Shown here one piece after another: positions 36,673 to 47,100 of a stretch of 64,000 nucleotides of DNA. The stretch comes from Dehalococcoidia bacterium (GTDB taxonomy: Bacteria > Chloroflexota > Dehalococcoidia > Lucifugimonadales > UBA2962). Under the pieces are notes generated by a model. That model saw only the letters and a list, made by a program, of their open reading frames with translations, made no database searches and was not told the origin of the DNA. The position numbers and the translations under genes are program-made. The stretch spans positions 23,092-87,091 of the forward strand of contig DAOUKM010000008.1 in the NCBI GenBank assembly GCA_034421295.1, given 5' to 3'. Numbering within the stretch: position 1 is the first letter of the stretch; each line of letters opens with the position of its first letter.

Positions 36673-37864
36673 CGGGGGATCCAGAGGCCCTGAGCTGCGA
36701 TGGTTGCCTCAGCCTTGACTGCGGGATCAGGACGTTTCCCTCCATGATGCGCCGGGCCGTGCGGTAGGTCGTTACCGTTGGAACTCGCCACCGCTCACCG
36801 TCGGGCTCGACCGTGCAGTCGATCTGCATGACCCCCGCGGGGTGGCCGATCCGCAGCGGCCCCGAGGCTGCTCCCATCGCCGCCTCCGAGACCAGTGTAC
36901 CGTCGATTCTCGCCGCCACGGCTGTCGCCATCGATACGCTCGCCGGGTAGGTCCGATGAAAACGCTCCATTGACACTGCGCGGGCGAGAATATCCATGTC
37001 GGCGGCCGTCACGCGCCTTCCGTCGGAGGTCTCATAGCCCGCGGGCGGCGCGATCAGGGCGACCTTGGGCACCGCCCGCAGCCGCGCGTGGGCCTCCTCA
37101 GGCGTCTCGCACAATCCCATCCGCACGGCGCCCATGCAGCGGACCTCCTCCAGGCACCTCCCCAGGCCGGTCTCGTCGTCGAGTTCGGCAGCGGTTGCCC
37201 GCGGGTCCGCCCCGACGTCGGAGGCGCGAACGAACACCGAGGGGATGGCGACGTCAACGATGGAGATCGCCAGGCTCCTCCCGGACGGCAGATCCACGCA
37301 TTCGCGGGAGGCACCCGTCGGTAGCGCCCCCCCGCCCTGGGATCCGGCGGGGTCGATATATTCGAGGTCGATTCGGGCGCCGGTGCCCGGCACCCCGTCT
37401 ATGGCGAACTCGCCCTCCGAGACCGACCGACCGCTCCTCACCGGCACGCGGGTGATAAAGCGCCTGTCCGAGTTGACCGCCAGTACACGCACCTCCGTCA
37501 CCGGCTCCATTGCGCTGACCAGTCCCTCGTCAATCGCGAACGGTCCGACGGCGGACGAAATGTTGCCGCAGGTTCCCGACCAGTCTACGAACGGGCGCTC
37601 TACATCGACCTGCGCGAATTCGAACTCTACATCAACGTCCGGCAGGTTCGAGGGCGATATGATCGCCGCCTTGCTGAGCGAAGAGGTGCCGCCACCGAGT
37701 CCGTCGACCTCGCGCCCGTTCGGGTCGGGACTGCCGAGGGCCGTCAGGATGACGGCATCTCGCTCGGCAGCGCCGAATCCGGCCAGGTCGCGGCCGTGGA
37801 ATAGCACCGCGCGGCTGGTGCCGCCACGAACGAAGACGGCGGGGATCCTCAGGTCCGCAGTCAA
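36665..37864 (-). CDS. prpF: PrpF-family protein (2-methylaconitate cis-trans isomerase-like)
   Basis: LRIPAVFVRGGTSRAVLF N-terminus typical of PrpF, 399 aa. Overlaps the aconitase start by 8 nt and the citrate-synthase stop by 4 nt. Confidence 0.8.
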   Translation of the reverse strand: MTADLRIPAVFVRGGTSRAVLFHGRDLAGFGAAERDAVILTALGSPDPNGREVDGLGGGTSSLSKAAIISPSNLPDVDVEFEFAQVDVERPFVDWSGTCGNISSAVGPFAIDEGLVSAMEPVTEVRVLAVNSDRRFITRVPVRSGRSVSEGEFAIDGVPGTGARIDLEYIDPAGSQGGGALPTGASRECVDLPSGRSLAISIVDVAIPSVFVRASDVGADPRATAAELDDETGLGRCLEEVRCMGAVRMGLCETPEEAHARLRAVPKVALIAPPAGYETSDGRRVTAADMDILARAVSMERFHRTYPASVSMATAVAARIDGTLVSEAAMGAASGPLRIGHPAGVMQIDCTVEPDGERWRVPTVTTYRTARRIMEGNVLIPQSRLRQPSQLRASGSPDV

Positions 37865-39006
37865 TCGCCACCATCTAGTCTTCTATCCCGATCACCTACG
37901 TAGAGGGCCCTCGGGCGTATCAGGCGGTTGTTGGCGTACTGCTCGGCGATGTGCGCCGACCAGCCGGCCACCCTTGCAGAGGCCACCACATTGGTCATCA
38001 GGTTCATCGGGAAGCCCAGCTGGAACAGCACCGGCGCGGCAAAGTAGTCCACATTCGGGATGATCCCCTTGGTCTCGGCCATCCGTCTCTCCGTCGCGAT
38101 CGCTATATCGAACCATCTGCGGTCGTCAACCGCGCCCGCCATCTGCAGTGCCATCTCGCGAAGCTCCGCGGCCCTGGGGTCTCCGGTCCTGTACACGCGG
38201 TGGCCAAAGCCGGGCAGTTTGCGCCTGGCCGCCAGTGCCTCGTCTACGTAGGCGGCGGCAAGGTCGGGTTGACCGATATCCACCAGCATGTTCATCGCAT
38301 CGTCGATGGCGCCGCCGTGCAGGGCGCCCTTGATCGCGCCTATCCCCGCGACGACGGCCGAATAGTAGTCGGACATGGTCCCCACCACCACCCGGCAGGC
38401 GAACGTGGAGGCATTTGTCTCATGCTCGGCATAGAGCACCAGGGCCGCATCAAACGCCCGCCTGAACGGCTCTGCCGGAGCCTTGCCCGAGACCATGTAC
38501 AGGTAGTTCTCTGCATGCCCGAGCTCCGGCCCGCGGGGAGCGATGGGCTCGTGGCCGGCCTGGATGCGCACCTGGGCCGCAACGATCGCAGGGAGCTTTG
38601 CGATCAGCGCCTTTGAAGTGGCGAGCAGGTGTTCCTGATCCACCATCTCTGCGTCGGGTTCCAGCACGCCCATAAGTGAGACGGCCGTGCGTAGCACCGC
38701 CATTGGATGGGCGGTCGGGGGCGCGGAGCGAAGCACGTCCAGAACGGGGCCGGGCAGCTCACGCTCGGCGGCCAGTTCGGCACTGAAGGCTGATAGCTGC
38801 CCGGGCGTCGGCACGGTTCCGCTCATGAGCAGGTAGGCCATCTGCTCATAGCCAAGGTTGTGGGCAAGATCGGCGATGTCGTAGCCGCGGACGCTGAACT
38901 CTGGAGCGTGTCCGTCTATGTAGGCAACCCTGGACTCGAACGCCAGCACGTCCTCCAGGCCGTAAGAGACCGCCGGGCGTTCGCTAGACTCGCTGCCCGC
39001 CAACAC
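37861..39006 (-). CDS. prpC: citrate synthase/2-methylcitrate synthase
   Basis: Signature GFGHRVYRTGDPRA, 381 aa (short type). GTG start. The prpC assignment rests on the operon context with prpF. Confidence 0.8.
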   Translation of the reverse strand: MLAGSESSERPAVSYGLEDVLAFESRVAYIDGHAPEFSVRGYDIADLAHNLGYEQMAYLLMSGTVPTPGQLSAFSAELAAERELPGPVLDVLRSAPPTAHPMAVLRTAVSLMGVLEPDAEMVDQEHLLATSKALIAKLPAIVAAQVRIQAGHEPIAPRGPELGHAENYLYMVSGKAPAEPFRRAFDAALVLYAEHETNASTFACRVVVGTMSDYYSAVVAGIGAIKGALHGGAIDDAMNMLVDIGQPDLAAAYVDEALAARRKLPGFGHRVYRTGDPRAAELREMALQMAGAVDDRRWFDIAIATERRMAETKGIIPNVDYFAAPVLFQLGFPMNLMTNVVASARVAGWSAHIAEQYANNRLIRPRALYVGDRDRRLDGGD

Positions 39007-39012
39007 TCCCCC

Positions 39013-39978
39013 CTAGCCTGCCAGCGGCCCCGCCGCGGTCGCCCCCACCTGCGGCCCAGGGCTGGTGCCTCGGACGGTCAGGGCTCCGAAGCGGGCACCG
39101 TACATATCAGAAAGCACACCCAGAAGGGCCATTACCTGGGGCGGATACGAGTCGGCGAGCTTGAGCAGGAGACTGGTCTGCAGGACGACGCGATTCTCAG
39201 GGCCCAGCGAGATCGTTCGCAGCCCGCCGCGCGCCACCTCCCTCCGGATCGCGCTCCTGGGCAGAAAGGAGATTCCGATTCCCAGCTCCACCATGTGCTT
39301 GGTGGCATCGATGCTGTCGAGCCTCATCTCGACCCTGGGCTGAATGCCCTCGCGGCGGCAGTAGGTCTGTATGAGGCGAAAGTAGGCCGAGCCGGGATCG
39401 TACAGGATGAAGGGCTCCTGGGCGACCTCTGCCAGACTGGCTGCGCCCAGGGTTGCAAACCGGTGGCCGGGGTGGGTGACCAGGACGACCTCCTCGTCGT
39501 AGAGGTGCGTTGTCACCACGTCCTCATGCCTGAGCTCACGCGCAAATCCCAGCTGGACCTGCTCGCCGACCACCATGTGGAGGACGTCCCTCGATCGGCC
39601 TACGGTTATGTGCGCCTTTATATCCGAGTGCCGCCGCCGGAGGCGCTCAAGGATCGCCGGGAGCGTGTAGGTGCCTATGTTCCGCGCAGCGGCTATCGTC
39701 AGCAGGCCGCCCGAAGCGCCGCGGCCTGTAGCCAGGACTTCGCGGCCCTCGCGCAGGGACTGAAGGGCGCTCTGGGCGTAGGGCAGGAAAGCCTTGCCCA
39801 TCTCGGTGAGCCGGACGCCCCGACCGGCGCGGTGAAAAAGGGGCACGCCCAGCTCTTCCTCAAGCGTGCGGATCCTCGTGCTCACCGATGGCTGGGAAAG
39901 ATGAAGCGAGATGGCGGTCTGACGAAAGCTGCCCTTGTCGGCGGCAACCAGGAATGACTCTAGCTGATGCAGTTCCAT
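39013..39978 (-). CDS. LysR-family transcriptional regulator
   Basis: MELHQLESFLVAADKGSFRQTAISLHLSQPSVSTRIRTLEEELGVPLF HTH domain. ATG at 39978 is preferred over 40056. It is divergent from the isocitrate lyase gene. Confidence 0.9.
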   Translation of the reverse strand: MELHQLESFLVAADKGSFRQTAISLHLSQPSVSTRIRTLEEELGVPLFHRAGRGVRLTEMGKAFLPYAQSALQSLREGREVLATGRGASGGLLTIAAARNIGTYTLPAILERLRRRHSDIKAHITVGRSRDVLHMVVGEQVQLGFARELRHEDVVTTHLYDEEVVLVTHPGHRFATLGAASLAEVAQEPFILYDPGSAYFRLIQTYCRREGIQPRVEMRLDSIDATKHMVELGIGISFLPRSAIRREVARGGLRTISLGPENRVVLQTSLLLKLADSYPPQVMALLGVLSDMYGARFGALTVRGTSPGPQVGATAAGPLAG

Positions 39979-40027
39979 CTCGTAGTCACCTCGCGCTCGA
40001 CCATGAGCGAGATATAGAGAACTCTTA

Positions 40028-40066
40028 TATATCCGATAACCTATTGGGCCTGTCAATTATATCCGA
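40028..40066. promoter_or_regulatory. candidate LysR operator repeats in the divergent intergenic region
   Basis: TATATCCGA occurs at 40028-40036 and 40058-40066 (30-bp period). The first copy is embedded in TTATATATCCGATAA, an imperfect dyad of the kind LysR-type regulators bind. The region is locally AT-rich. Confidence 0.35.
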
Positions 40067-40116
40067 CGGCGGCTTAACTATGAGCATCGGACACTACTAG
40101 GGGCTGGAGTCGGTAC

Positions 40117-41457
40117 ATGGAGAACGGACAACGCAACGGGCACGGCAGGGTTTCGTCGGGCCGGCCGATCGGGCAGGCCGAGGAGCTAGAACTGCGGTGG
40201 GCCACAGATCCCAGGTACAACGGGATCAGGCGAGACTACATGGCCGGCGACGTGGTGTCGCTGCGCAATTCGCTGAAGGTAGAGCATACCCTGGCGACGC
40301 ATGGCGCAAGTCGCCTCTGGGAAGCGCTGAACTCCGAAGATTACGTTCACACCTTCGGGGCCCTCACCGGCACCCAGGCGGTTCAGATGGTTGCCGCAGG
40401 CCTCCGGGCGATATATGTCAGCGGGTGGCAGGTGGCGGCCGACGCCAACAATGCCGGGCACACCTACCCGGACCAGAGCCTGTACCCGTCCTCCAGCGCG
40501 CCCGACCTGGTCAGGCGAATCAACAACGCGCTGCTGCGCCGCGAGCAGGTCGACCTGTTGCAGGGGAAAGCAGGCAAAGAGTGGATCGCACCGATCGTCG
40601 CCGATGCAGAGGCCGGTTTTGGCGGGCCTATCCACGCCTTCGAACTGATGAGGTCGATGATCGAGGCCGGCGCGGCCGGCGTCCACTTCGAGGACCAGCT
40701 GGCCGCCGAGAAAAAGTGCGGCCACATGGGCGGCAAGGTTGTGGTGCCGACCTCCACATTCGTTCGCACCCTGAAGGCGGCCCGCCTGGCCGCGGACGTT
40801 CTGGACGTTCCAACCGTGCTGCTGGCGAGAACCGACGCCCTGGCCGCGAGGTTGCTCACAAGTGACATAGACGAGCGTGACCGCCAGTTCCTGACCGGCG
40901 AGCGCACCGAAGAGGGCTATTTCGTAGTGACCGGAGGCATCGAGTCGGCGATAGCGCGCGGTCTCGCCTACGCTCCCTACGCGGATGTGATCTGGTGCGA
41001 AACGTCCCTTCCGGATATTGAAGAGGCAAGGGAATTCGCCAGGGGGATCCACGCCAGATACCCGGGGAAGCTCCTGGCCTATAACTGCTCGCCGTCCTTT
41101 AACTGGACCAAGGCGATGAGCGGATCCGAAATCGCGAGCTTTCAGCAGGAGCTGGGAGAGATGGGATACCGCTTTCAGTTCATCACCCTGGCCGGGTGGC
41201 ACTCGCTGAACCTGAACACCTTCGAACTCGCCTCCGCCTACAGGGACGAGGGAATGAGCGCCTACGTTAGGTTGCAGGAGCGCGAGTTCGCCCAGCAGGC
41301 CGCTGGCTACACGGCCGTCCGTCACCAGCAGGAAGTGGGTGCCGGTTTCTTCGACCGGGTACTGGCCACCGTGTCCGGCGGAGAGGCCGCGACCGCCGCC
41401 CTGGCCGGCTCTACCGAGGCCGCGCAGTTCGAGAGTCGGGTCGCCGTAGCGGACTAG
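40117..41457 (+). CDS. aceA: isocitrate lyase
   Basis: ICL signature [12 protein letters not shown], 446 aa, GGAG 7 nt upstream of the ATG. Confidence 0.93.
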   Translation: MENGQRNGHGRVSSGRPIGQAEELELRWATDPRYNGIRRDYMAGDVVSLRNSLKVEHTLATHGASRLWEALNSEDYVHTFGALTGTQAVQMVAAGLRAIYVSGWQVAADANNAGHTYPDQSLYPSSSAPDLVRRINNALLRREQVDLLQGKAGKEWIAPIVADAEAGFGGPIHAFELMRSMIEAGAAGVHFEDQLAAEKKCGHMGGKVVVPTSTFVRTLKAARLAADVLDVPTVLLARTDALAARLLTSDIDERDRQFLTGERTEEGYFVVTGGIESAIARGLAYAPYADVIWCETSLPDIEEAREFARGIHARYPGKLLAYNCSPSFNWTKAMSGSEIASFQQELGEMGYRFQFITLAGWHSLNLNTFELASAYRDEGMSAYVRLQEREFAQQAAGYTAVRHQQEVGAGFFDRVLATVSGGEAATAALAGSTEAAQFESRVAVAD

Positions 41458-41675
41458 ATCCCGGTCGCCCATACCCGGACCCGATCCGCTCGAACTGGCC
41501 GGCGCTCGGGCCGAACCGTAGGCCAGTCGGCCTCACACTCCGTGCACCGGTCTTGAGGCCCGCCGCCGTCTCTCGACGGACCTTCCGCCCCACCAGAGCG
41601 GACCCCGGCGACGCGGCGACCCCGGGAGGGAGGCAATCTGTCCTCATCGAGATGCACGGCGACGGCGGAACCTGC

Positions 41676-41781
41676 ATGGGCAGGGGCGGACCGCACCAGG
41701 TCTCCCTGATCCCGAGAACGGTCACCTCCGGCCGCCCTGGCAGGCGGTAGCGACGCGCCCGCAGGCAGCGCCCCTGCCCAT
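41676..41781. other. 13-bp perfect inverted repeat enclosing two internal hairpins (candidate structured RNA)
   Basis: ATGGGCAGGGGCG (41676-41688) pairs with CGCCCCTGCCCAT (41769-41781). Inside it, GACCG (41689-41693) pairs with CGGTC (41719-41723), and GCCGCC-CTGGCA-GGCGGT forms a hairpin at 41731-41748. Confidence 0.4.
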
Positions 41782-42138
41782 CAACCTTCGTTCCCAGTCT
41801 CCCGGCCACGGGCAGGCGGGACCACATCCCGGGTCGCCGGGGGAAGATGCCGACCCGTGCTCAGGAGGCGCGAGTTCCGGCTGAACTGTCCTGTTCGGAG
41901 AACATGGGTTAGTGTTACGGGCAAAGCAACCTGGGCGAGTCTTGCGATCAGGCGTCGGGCCGATTTTCAGGGCATAAGACGATTCGCCCATGGTTTCAAA
42001 CTCATGCGCTCGTCCCACGGTTAGCGCACACGCAAGCTCGTGTCGGGCTAAGATAGCGACCGGCAATCGTCGGGGGCAGGTCATCTACCAACCAACATCC
42101 TGCAAAAGTGAAGGCGGGCACCACCGCCGGATTCTCAC

Positions 42139-43779
42139 TTGCTGAGACTGCTAACGCCTTCAATCCGGCAGTATGACCTGCGAACTTTCCGGGGGGACGT
42201 CCTCGGCGGCATTACCGCGGCGGTGGTGGCGCTGCCGGTGGCGCTGGCCTTCGGCCTGGCGGCCGGCCTGGGTCCGGCGGCCGGTATCTACGGGGCCATA
42301 TCAGTAGGCTTCTTCGCCGCCGTTTTCGGCGGCACCCGCTCCCTCATATCCGGTCCCACCGGCTCGATGACCGTGGCCATGGCGGTCATAGTTGCCGCCC
42401 ACGCCGACAACATCGCCGAGGCCTTCACGATAGTGATCATGGCGGGGCTGATTCAGATAATGCTGGGCCTCCTGAGAATCGGCCGCTTCGTCACATATAC
42501 CCCGTACTCGGTCATATCCGGCTTCATGACCGGCGTCGGGGTGATCATCATTCTGGTGCAGACCCTGCCATTTCTGGGGGCGCCTGTCGCTGCGGGCGGG
42601 ACGATCGCAACGCTCCGCAACTTTTCCGGGGTGGTCGATCATTTCGAGGGCAATGCCCTTTCCATAGCCGCGGCCACCCTCGCAGTTGCCATGCTATGGC
42701 CCAGGAAGTTCGACAGGTACCTGCCGTCAACCCTGGTGGCGCTTGCGGTCGGGACGCTCATCGGCGTGCTGTGGCTCACGGATGCACCAGTCATCGGAGC
42801 GGTGCCCACGGCCCTGCCGTCGTTCCAGCTGCCGGACGTGTCCCCGGGCGTGGTGGTGCGTTCAATTGAGCCGGCGATGGTCATAGCGCTCGTAGGTTCC
42901 GTGGACACGCTGCTGACCGCACTCGTCGGCGATTCGATGACGCGAACACGTCACAACCCCAACAAGGAACTGCTGGCCCAGGGGATAGGCAATGTGTTCA
43001 CCGGATTCATCAGGGGATTGCCCGGGTCCGGCGCCACCCCCAGCACCGTGGCGAATATCCGGGCGGGCGGGGCTACGTTCGGCTCCGGAGTGATCTCCGT
43101 GGCGATACTGGTGGTCATGGTGCTGGCGCTGGGCCGTTACGTGGCGGAGATACCCAACGCCGTGCTTGCCGGAATCCTGGTCAAGGTCGCGTTCGACACC
43201 GTGGACTGGCGCTTTGTGACCCGAATTCACCGCGTTCAGCGCGAGCACATGGTCGTGATGCTGCTCACCCTTGGACTGACGGTCTTTCTGGATCTGGTTA
43301 CCGCCGTGGCCGTGGGCATGATAGCCGCCGCGGTGACCAGCGCGCGGCAGTTCGAGCGCCTAGAGCTGGACAGCGTCGTGTCGGTGCCCCTGCTGGACCA
43401 GAGCTTCCTGGGCACCGGGCAGGACGAGGAGGACGGAGACGAGTTTTCAGCCAGGGTGGGCCTGGTGGCGCTCAAGGGCAGTTTCACCGTCGCCTCTTCA
43501 AGCAAGCTGATCGACACCATAGGGGCGGACATCAGGGACCATGAGGTGGTCATCATAGATTTTTCCGACACGGTGTACGTGGACGATAGCGCCGCGCTGG
43601 TGGTCGAGCAGCTGATCGAGACCGCCGAACTGCAGGATACCCATTGTGTCGTGATGGGCCTTTCCGGGATGCCCGCCCGCAACCTTCGAGCTCTTGACGT
43701 CCTAAACCGGGTGCCCCGCGAACAGATAGTGGAGGACTGGGAACAGGCGAAACAGACCGCAGCCAGGCTCCTGGCGTAG
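42139..43779 (+). CDS. SulP-family inorganic anion transporter with C-terminal STAS domain
   Basis: GDVLGGITAAVVALPVALAFG N-terminal SulP motif, multiple TM segments, and a STAS-like C-terminus (VIIDFSDTVYVDDSAALVVEQL). TTG start. Confidence 0.88.
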   Translation: MLRLLTPSIRQYDLRTFRGDVLGGITAAVVALPVALAFGLAAGLGPAAGIYGAISVGFFAAVFGGTRSLISGPTGSMTVAMAVIVAAHADNIAEAFTIVIMAGLIQIMLGLLRIGRFVTYTPYSVISGFMTGVGVIIILVQTLPFLGAPVAAGGTIATLRNFSGVVDHFEGNALSIAAATLAVAMLWPRKFDRYLPSTLVALAVGTLIGVLWLTDAPVIGAVPTALPSFQLPDVSPGVVVRSIEPAMVIALVGSVDTLLTALVGDSMTRTRHNPNKELLAQGIGNVFTGFIRGLPGSGATPSTVANIRAGGATFGSGVISVAILVVMVLALGRYVAEIPNAVLAGILVKVAFDTVDWRFVTRIHRVQREHMVVMLLTLGLTVFLDLVTAVAVGMIAAAVTSARQFERLELDSVVSVPLLDQSFLGTGQDEEDGDEFSARVGLVALKGSFTVASSSKLIDTIGADIRDHEVVIIDFSDTVYVDDSAALVVEQLIETAELQDTHCVVMGLSGMPARNLRALDVLNRVPREQIVEDWEQAKQTAARLLA

Positions 43780-43848
43780 TAGGCAGGTCCCCGCATCCAT
43801 CGCGCCATGGGCGGCCAGGGAGTAGAAGACCGGGTGGGAGAGTAGGAG

Positions 43849-43922
43849 CGACCCCGACCGGATTCGAACCGGCGATCTCCGGCTTGACAGGCCGGTATGT
43901 TAAACCGCTACACCACGGGGCC
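43849..43922 (-). tRNA. tRNA-Asp (anticodon GUC)
   Basis: Hand-folded cloverleaf: acceptor GGCCCCG/CGGGGUC, anticodon arm CCGGC-CUGUCAA-GCCGG, T-loop UUCGAAU, discriminator G. CCA is not encoded. Confidence 0.9.
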
Positions 43923-44001
43923 GCGCAAGAGCGCAGTTTATGTCAGTTATTCCGCGCTTCGCCATACATTTAAAGGCCCGGCGCGTTCGGATCCGGGTCG
44001 G

Positions 44002-44078
44002 TGGTGGGCGGTACTGGATTTGAACCAGTGACCTCTGCGATGTCAACGCAGCGCTCTGGGCCTCTGAGCTAACCGCCC
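44002..44078 (-). tRNA. tRNA-Val (anticodon GAC)
   Basis: Acceptor GGGCGGU/ACCGCCC, D arm GCUC/GAGC, anticodon arm CUGCG-UUGACAU-CGCAG, T-loop UUCAAAU. The 3' ACCA is encoded. Confidence 0.92.
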
Positions 44079-44106
44079 TCCTGCTCACCAACGCCCGAGT
44101 CTAGCA

Positions 44107-44124
44107 ACCGTCCTCCGGGACGGT
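44107..44124 (-). terminator. 7-bp hairpin between rpoC and tRNA-Val (terminator or processing site)
   Basis: ACCGTCC-TCCG-GGACGGT, 29 nt downstream of the rpoC stop. No clear U-tract. Confidence 0.3.
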
Positions 44125-44152
44125 CAAGGTGTCCGGGCCTATGTAGACTAGT

Positions 44153-47100
44153 CTATAGCTGAGGCAGATCCTCCTTGGGAGACTCCGACTCGAAGGGGTT
44201 TTCCATCGCATCATCGGAGCCTACGAGAACTCCGACGGGAACCTCGGCACCGAAGTACTCGGGCTCCTCGGCAACATCGCTCAGCTCCGGAAGGCCCAGC
44301 TTTTGGCGGCCGTCCTGTGACTGATCCAGGCGGGCCGGTATCAGCCGCCCGATGATCACGTTCTCCTTGAGGCCCCGCAGCTGGTCGACCTCGCCGTTGA
44401 TGGACGCTTCCGTCAGCACCCGCGTCGTCTCCTGGAAGGATGCCGCAGCAAGGAAGCTCTCCATGTTGAGCGACGCCCGGGTGATGCCCAGGAGTGCCGG
44501 ACTGGCAACTGCCGGCTCGCCACCCTCGGCCAGCACCGCGGCGTTGATCTCCTCGTAGCTTCTGCGATCGACCAGCTCTCCGGGCAGCAGCTCGGTGTCA
44601 CCGGGAGAGACGATCCTGACCTTGCGCAACATCTGCGCCGTAATCAGCTCGATGTGCTTGTCATGGATCTTGACGCCCTGGGACCTGTATACGGCCTGCA
44701 CCTCGTCTATCAGGTACTTCTGGACCGCTTCCCTGCCCTGGACGCGCAGAATCTGCTGCGGATTCTTCGGGCCCTGGGTCAGAGCCTGCCCGGCCGTCAC
44801 CTGATCGCCTGAACTCACTATTATGTGGGCGGCAGCCGGGATGATGTACTCGCGCTGCTCCTCATCGACCCACGTGATCGTGACAGCGTCGGGGCTCCTC
44901 TTGCGTCCGACCAACTTGACCTTGCCCGACACCCGGGCGATCAGATCACTGGGCCTGAGCGCGGCCTCGCTTTCGTCCCCATCGGGCTCGGACACGTTCA
45001 GGCGCGAGCCTATCGCCACCTCGTCGCCGTCTTCGACCTGCAGCTTCTGGCCCTTGGCGAGCGGATATTCGTCGACGTACTCCTCCAGGCTGGTCACCCG
45101 GATCGTCCTGCCTTCGACGTCCTCGATCACCTCGACCTCGCCGTCGATCTCCGAGAGTACCGCCTCACCCTTTGGCGCCCGTGCCTCGAACAGCTCCTCC
45201 ACCCTCGGCAGGCCGCTGGTTATGTCGGCCCCGGCTATTCCGCCGGTGTGGAAGGTGCGCATGGTGAGCTGGGTTCCCGGTTCTCCGATGCTCTGGGCGG
45301 CAATTATGCCGACCGCCTCGCCGAGCATTGCCTTCTCACCGGTGCCCAGCTGTATGCCGTAGCACATCAGGCACACTCCCCTGGGTGCCTCGCAGGACAG
45401 GGGCGAGCGAACCAGGACGCCCGTGACGCCGCACATCCTTATGCGGGAGATGGCCTCGTCATCCAGTTCCTCCCCTGTGTCCAGCAGGATCTCGCCCGTA
45501 GCCGGGTCGGCCACGGGCTGGGCGGTAAACCGGCTGCGCAGGCTATCTGCGAAGGCGCTTGCAAGGGCGGCCTCCGGATCTTCCTCGATCCAGACGCCGG
45601 ACTCGACCCCACATTCTTCGACCGAGATGGTTATCTCCTGCGCCACGTCTATCAGGCGTCGCGTCAGGTAGCCCGAGTCGGCCGTGCGCAGGGCGGTGTC
45701 GGCCAGTCCCTTACGTGCACCGTGGGTGGATATGAAGTACTCAAGGACCGACAGTCCCTCCCGGAAGTTGGACTTGATCGGGCGATCGATGATGCGTCCC
45801 TTCGGATCCGACATCAATCCGCGCATCCCGGCCATCTGCTTGATCTGGGCTATGTTGCCCTTGGCCCCGGAGGTGGCCATCAGGTAGATGCCGCCATAGT
45901 TGCCCAGGTTGGTCTCTATGACCCTGGTAAGCTCGTCGTTGGCCGCCGTCCAGATCTGAACGGTGTTCTGGTACCTCTCCTCCTCGGTCACCAGCCCGTC
46001 CATGTACTGCTGGTCCAGAAGGTTAACCTTCTGCTCGGCGGCCGTTATGATGTCCGATTTCTCCTCGGACACCTCGATGTCGTTGATCGCTATCGTCGTC
46101 CCCGAACGGGAGGCGTAGTGGAAGCCGAGATCCTTGATGGAATCCAGAACGACCGCCGCACCCTCGTTGCCCAGGTTCTTGTAGGCTGCGGCCGCCAGGT
46201 CCCTCAGACCTCCCTTGTCGAGCTCAAAGTTCCAGAAACCGAGCTCCTCCGGTATCACGTCGTTGATGATTATTCTTCCCGGCGTCGTCTCTATGACCCG
46301 GCCCGATCCATTCGCGCTCCCGACCGCGACCGCTCCGTCCTCGCCACCGACGACCCGGCCGAATACCCTGACCTTGATGCGGGAACGCAGGCCGATCAGG
46401 CCGAGCTCAAGGGCCAGCCGGGCCTCTTCCACGCTGCCGTATACGGTGTTAGAAACCCCGCTATCCTTGCTGGCCATCGTCAGGTAGTAGCAGCCGAGCA
46501 CCATGTCCAGAGTCGGGGCAACCATGGGCTCACCCGAGCTGGGAGACATCATGTTGAGCGTGCTGAGCATGAGCTTTTTGGCCTCCAGCACGGCCTCCCT
46601 CGAGAGGGGAACGTGCACGGCCATCTGGTCTCCGTCAAAGTCCGCGTTAAAGGCCGTACACACCAGCGGATGGACCCGGATGGCACTGCCCTCTATCAGC
46701 CTTGGCTGGAAGGCCTGTATCCCCAGGCGGTGAAGTGTCGGGGCCCGGTTCAGGAGCACGGGCCGATCCTTGATCACCTCCTCGAGAATGTCCCAGACCT
46801 CGGGGCGGACCCTCTCGGCCATGCGCTTGGCGCTCTTTATGTTGTGGGCGTAGCCCTTGACGACGAGCTTGTTCATCACGAACGGCTTGAACAGCTCCAG
46901 GGCCATGCGCCTGGGGAGGCCGCATTCATGCAGCTTCAGGCCGGGGCCGACGATGATGACGGATCGACCGCTGTAGTCGACCCGCTTGCCGAGCAGGTTC
47001 TGCCTGAACCTGCCCTGCTTGCCACGGAGAAGGTCCGAAAGGCTCTTGAGCTTGTGGTTGTGACTGCCGGAGACGGCCCGTCCCCGCCGGCCGTTGTCCA

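Noticed and set aside
41860-42010. Possible tRNA-Sec (selC), prompted by a UUUCAAA sequence near 41993
   Set aside because: The flanks form no proper anticodon stem. There is no acceptor or T-arm, and no GTTCRAnnC T-loop. I recognised no selC, selA, selB or selD anywhere in the window.
41411-42084. ORFs 41411..41827, 41553..41750 and 41722..42084 in the ICL-SulP gap
   Set aside because: Their composition is Arg/Pro/Gly-rich, they show no recognisable domains, and they overlap one another. I treat the region as non-coding or structured instead.
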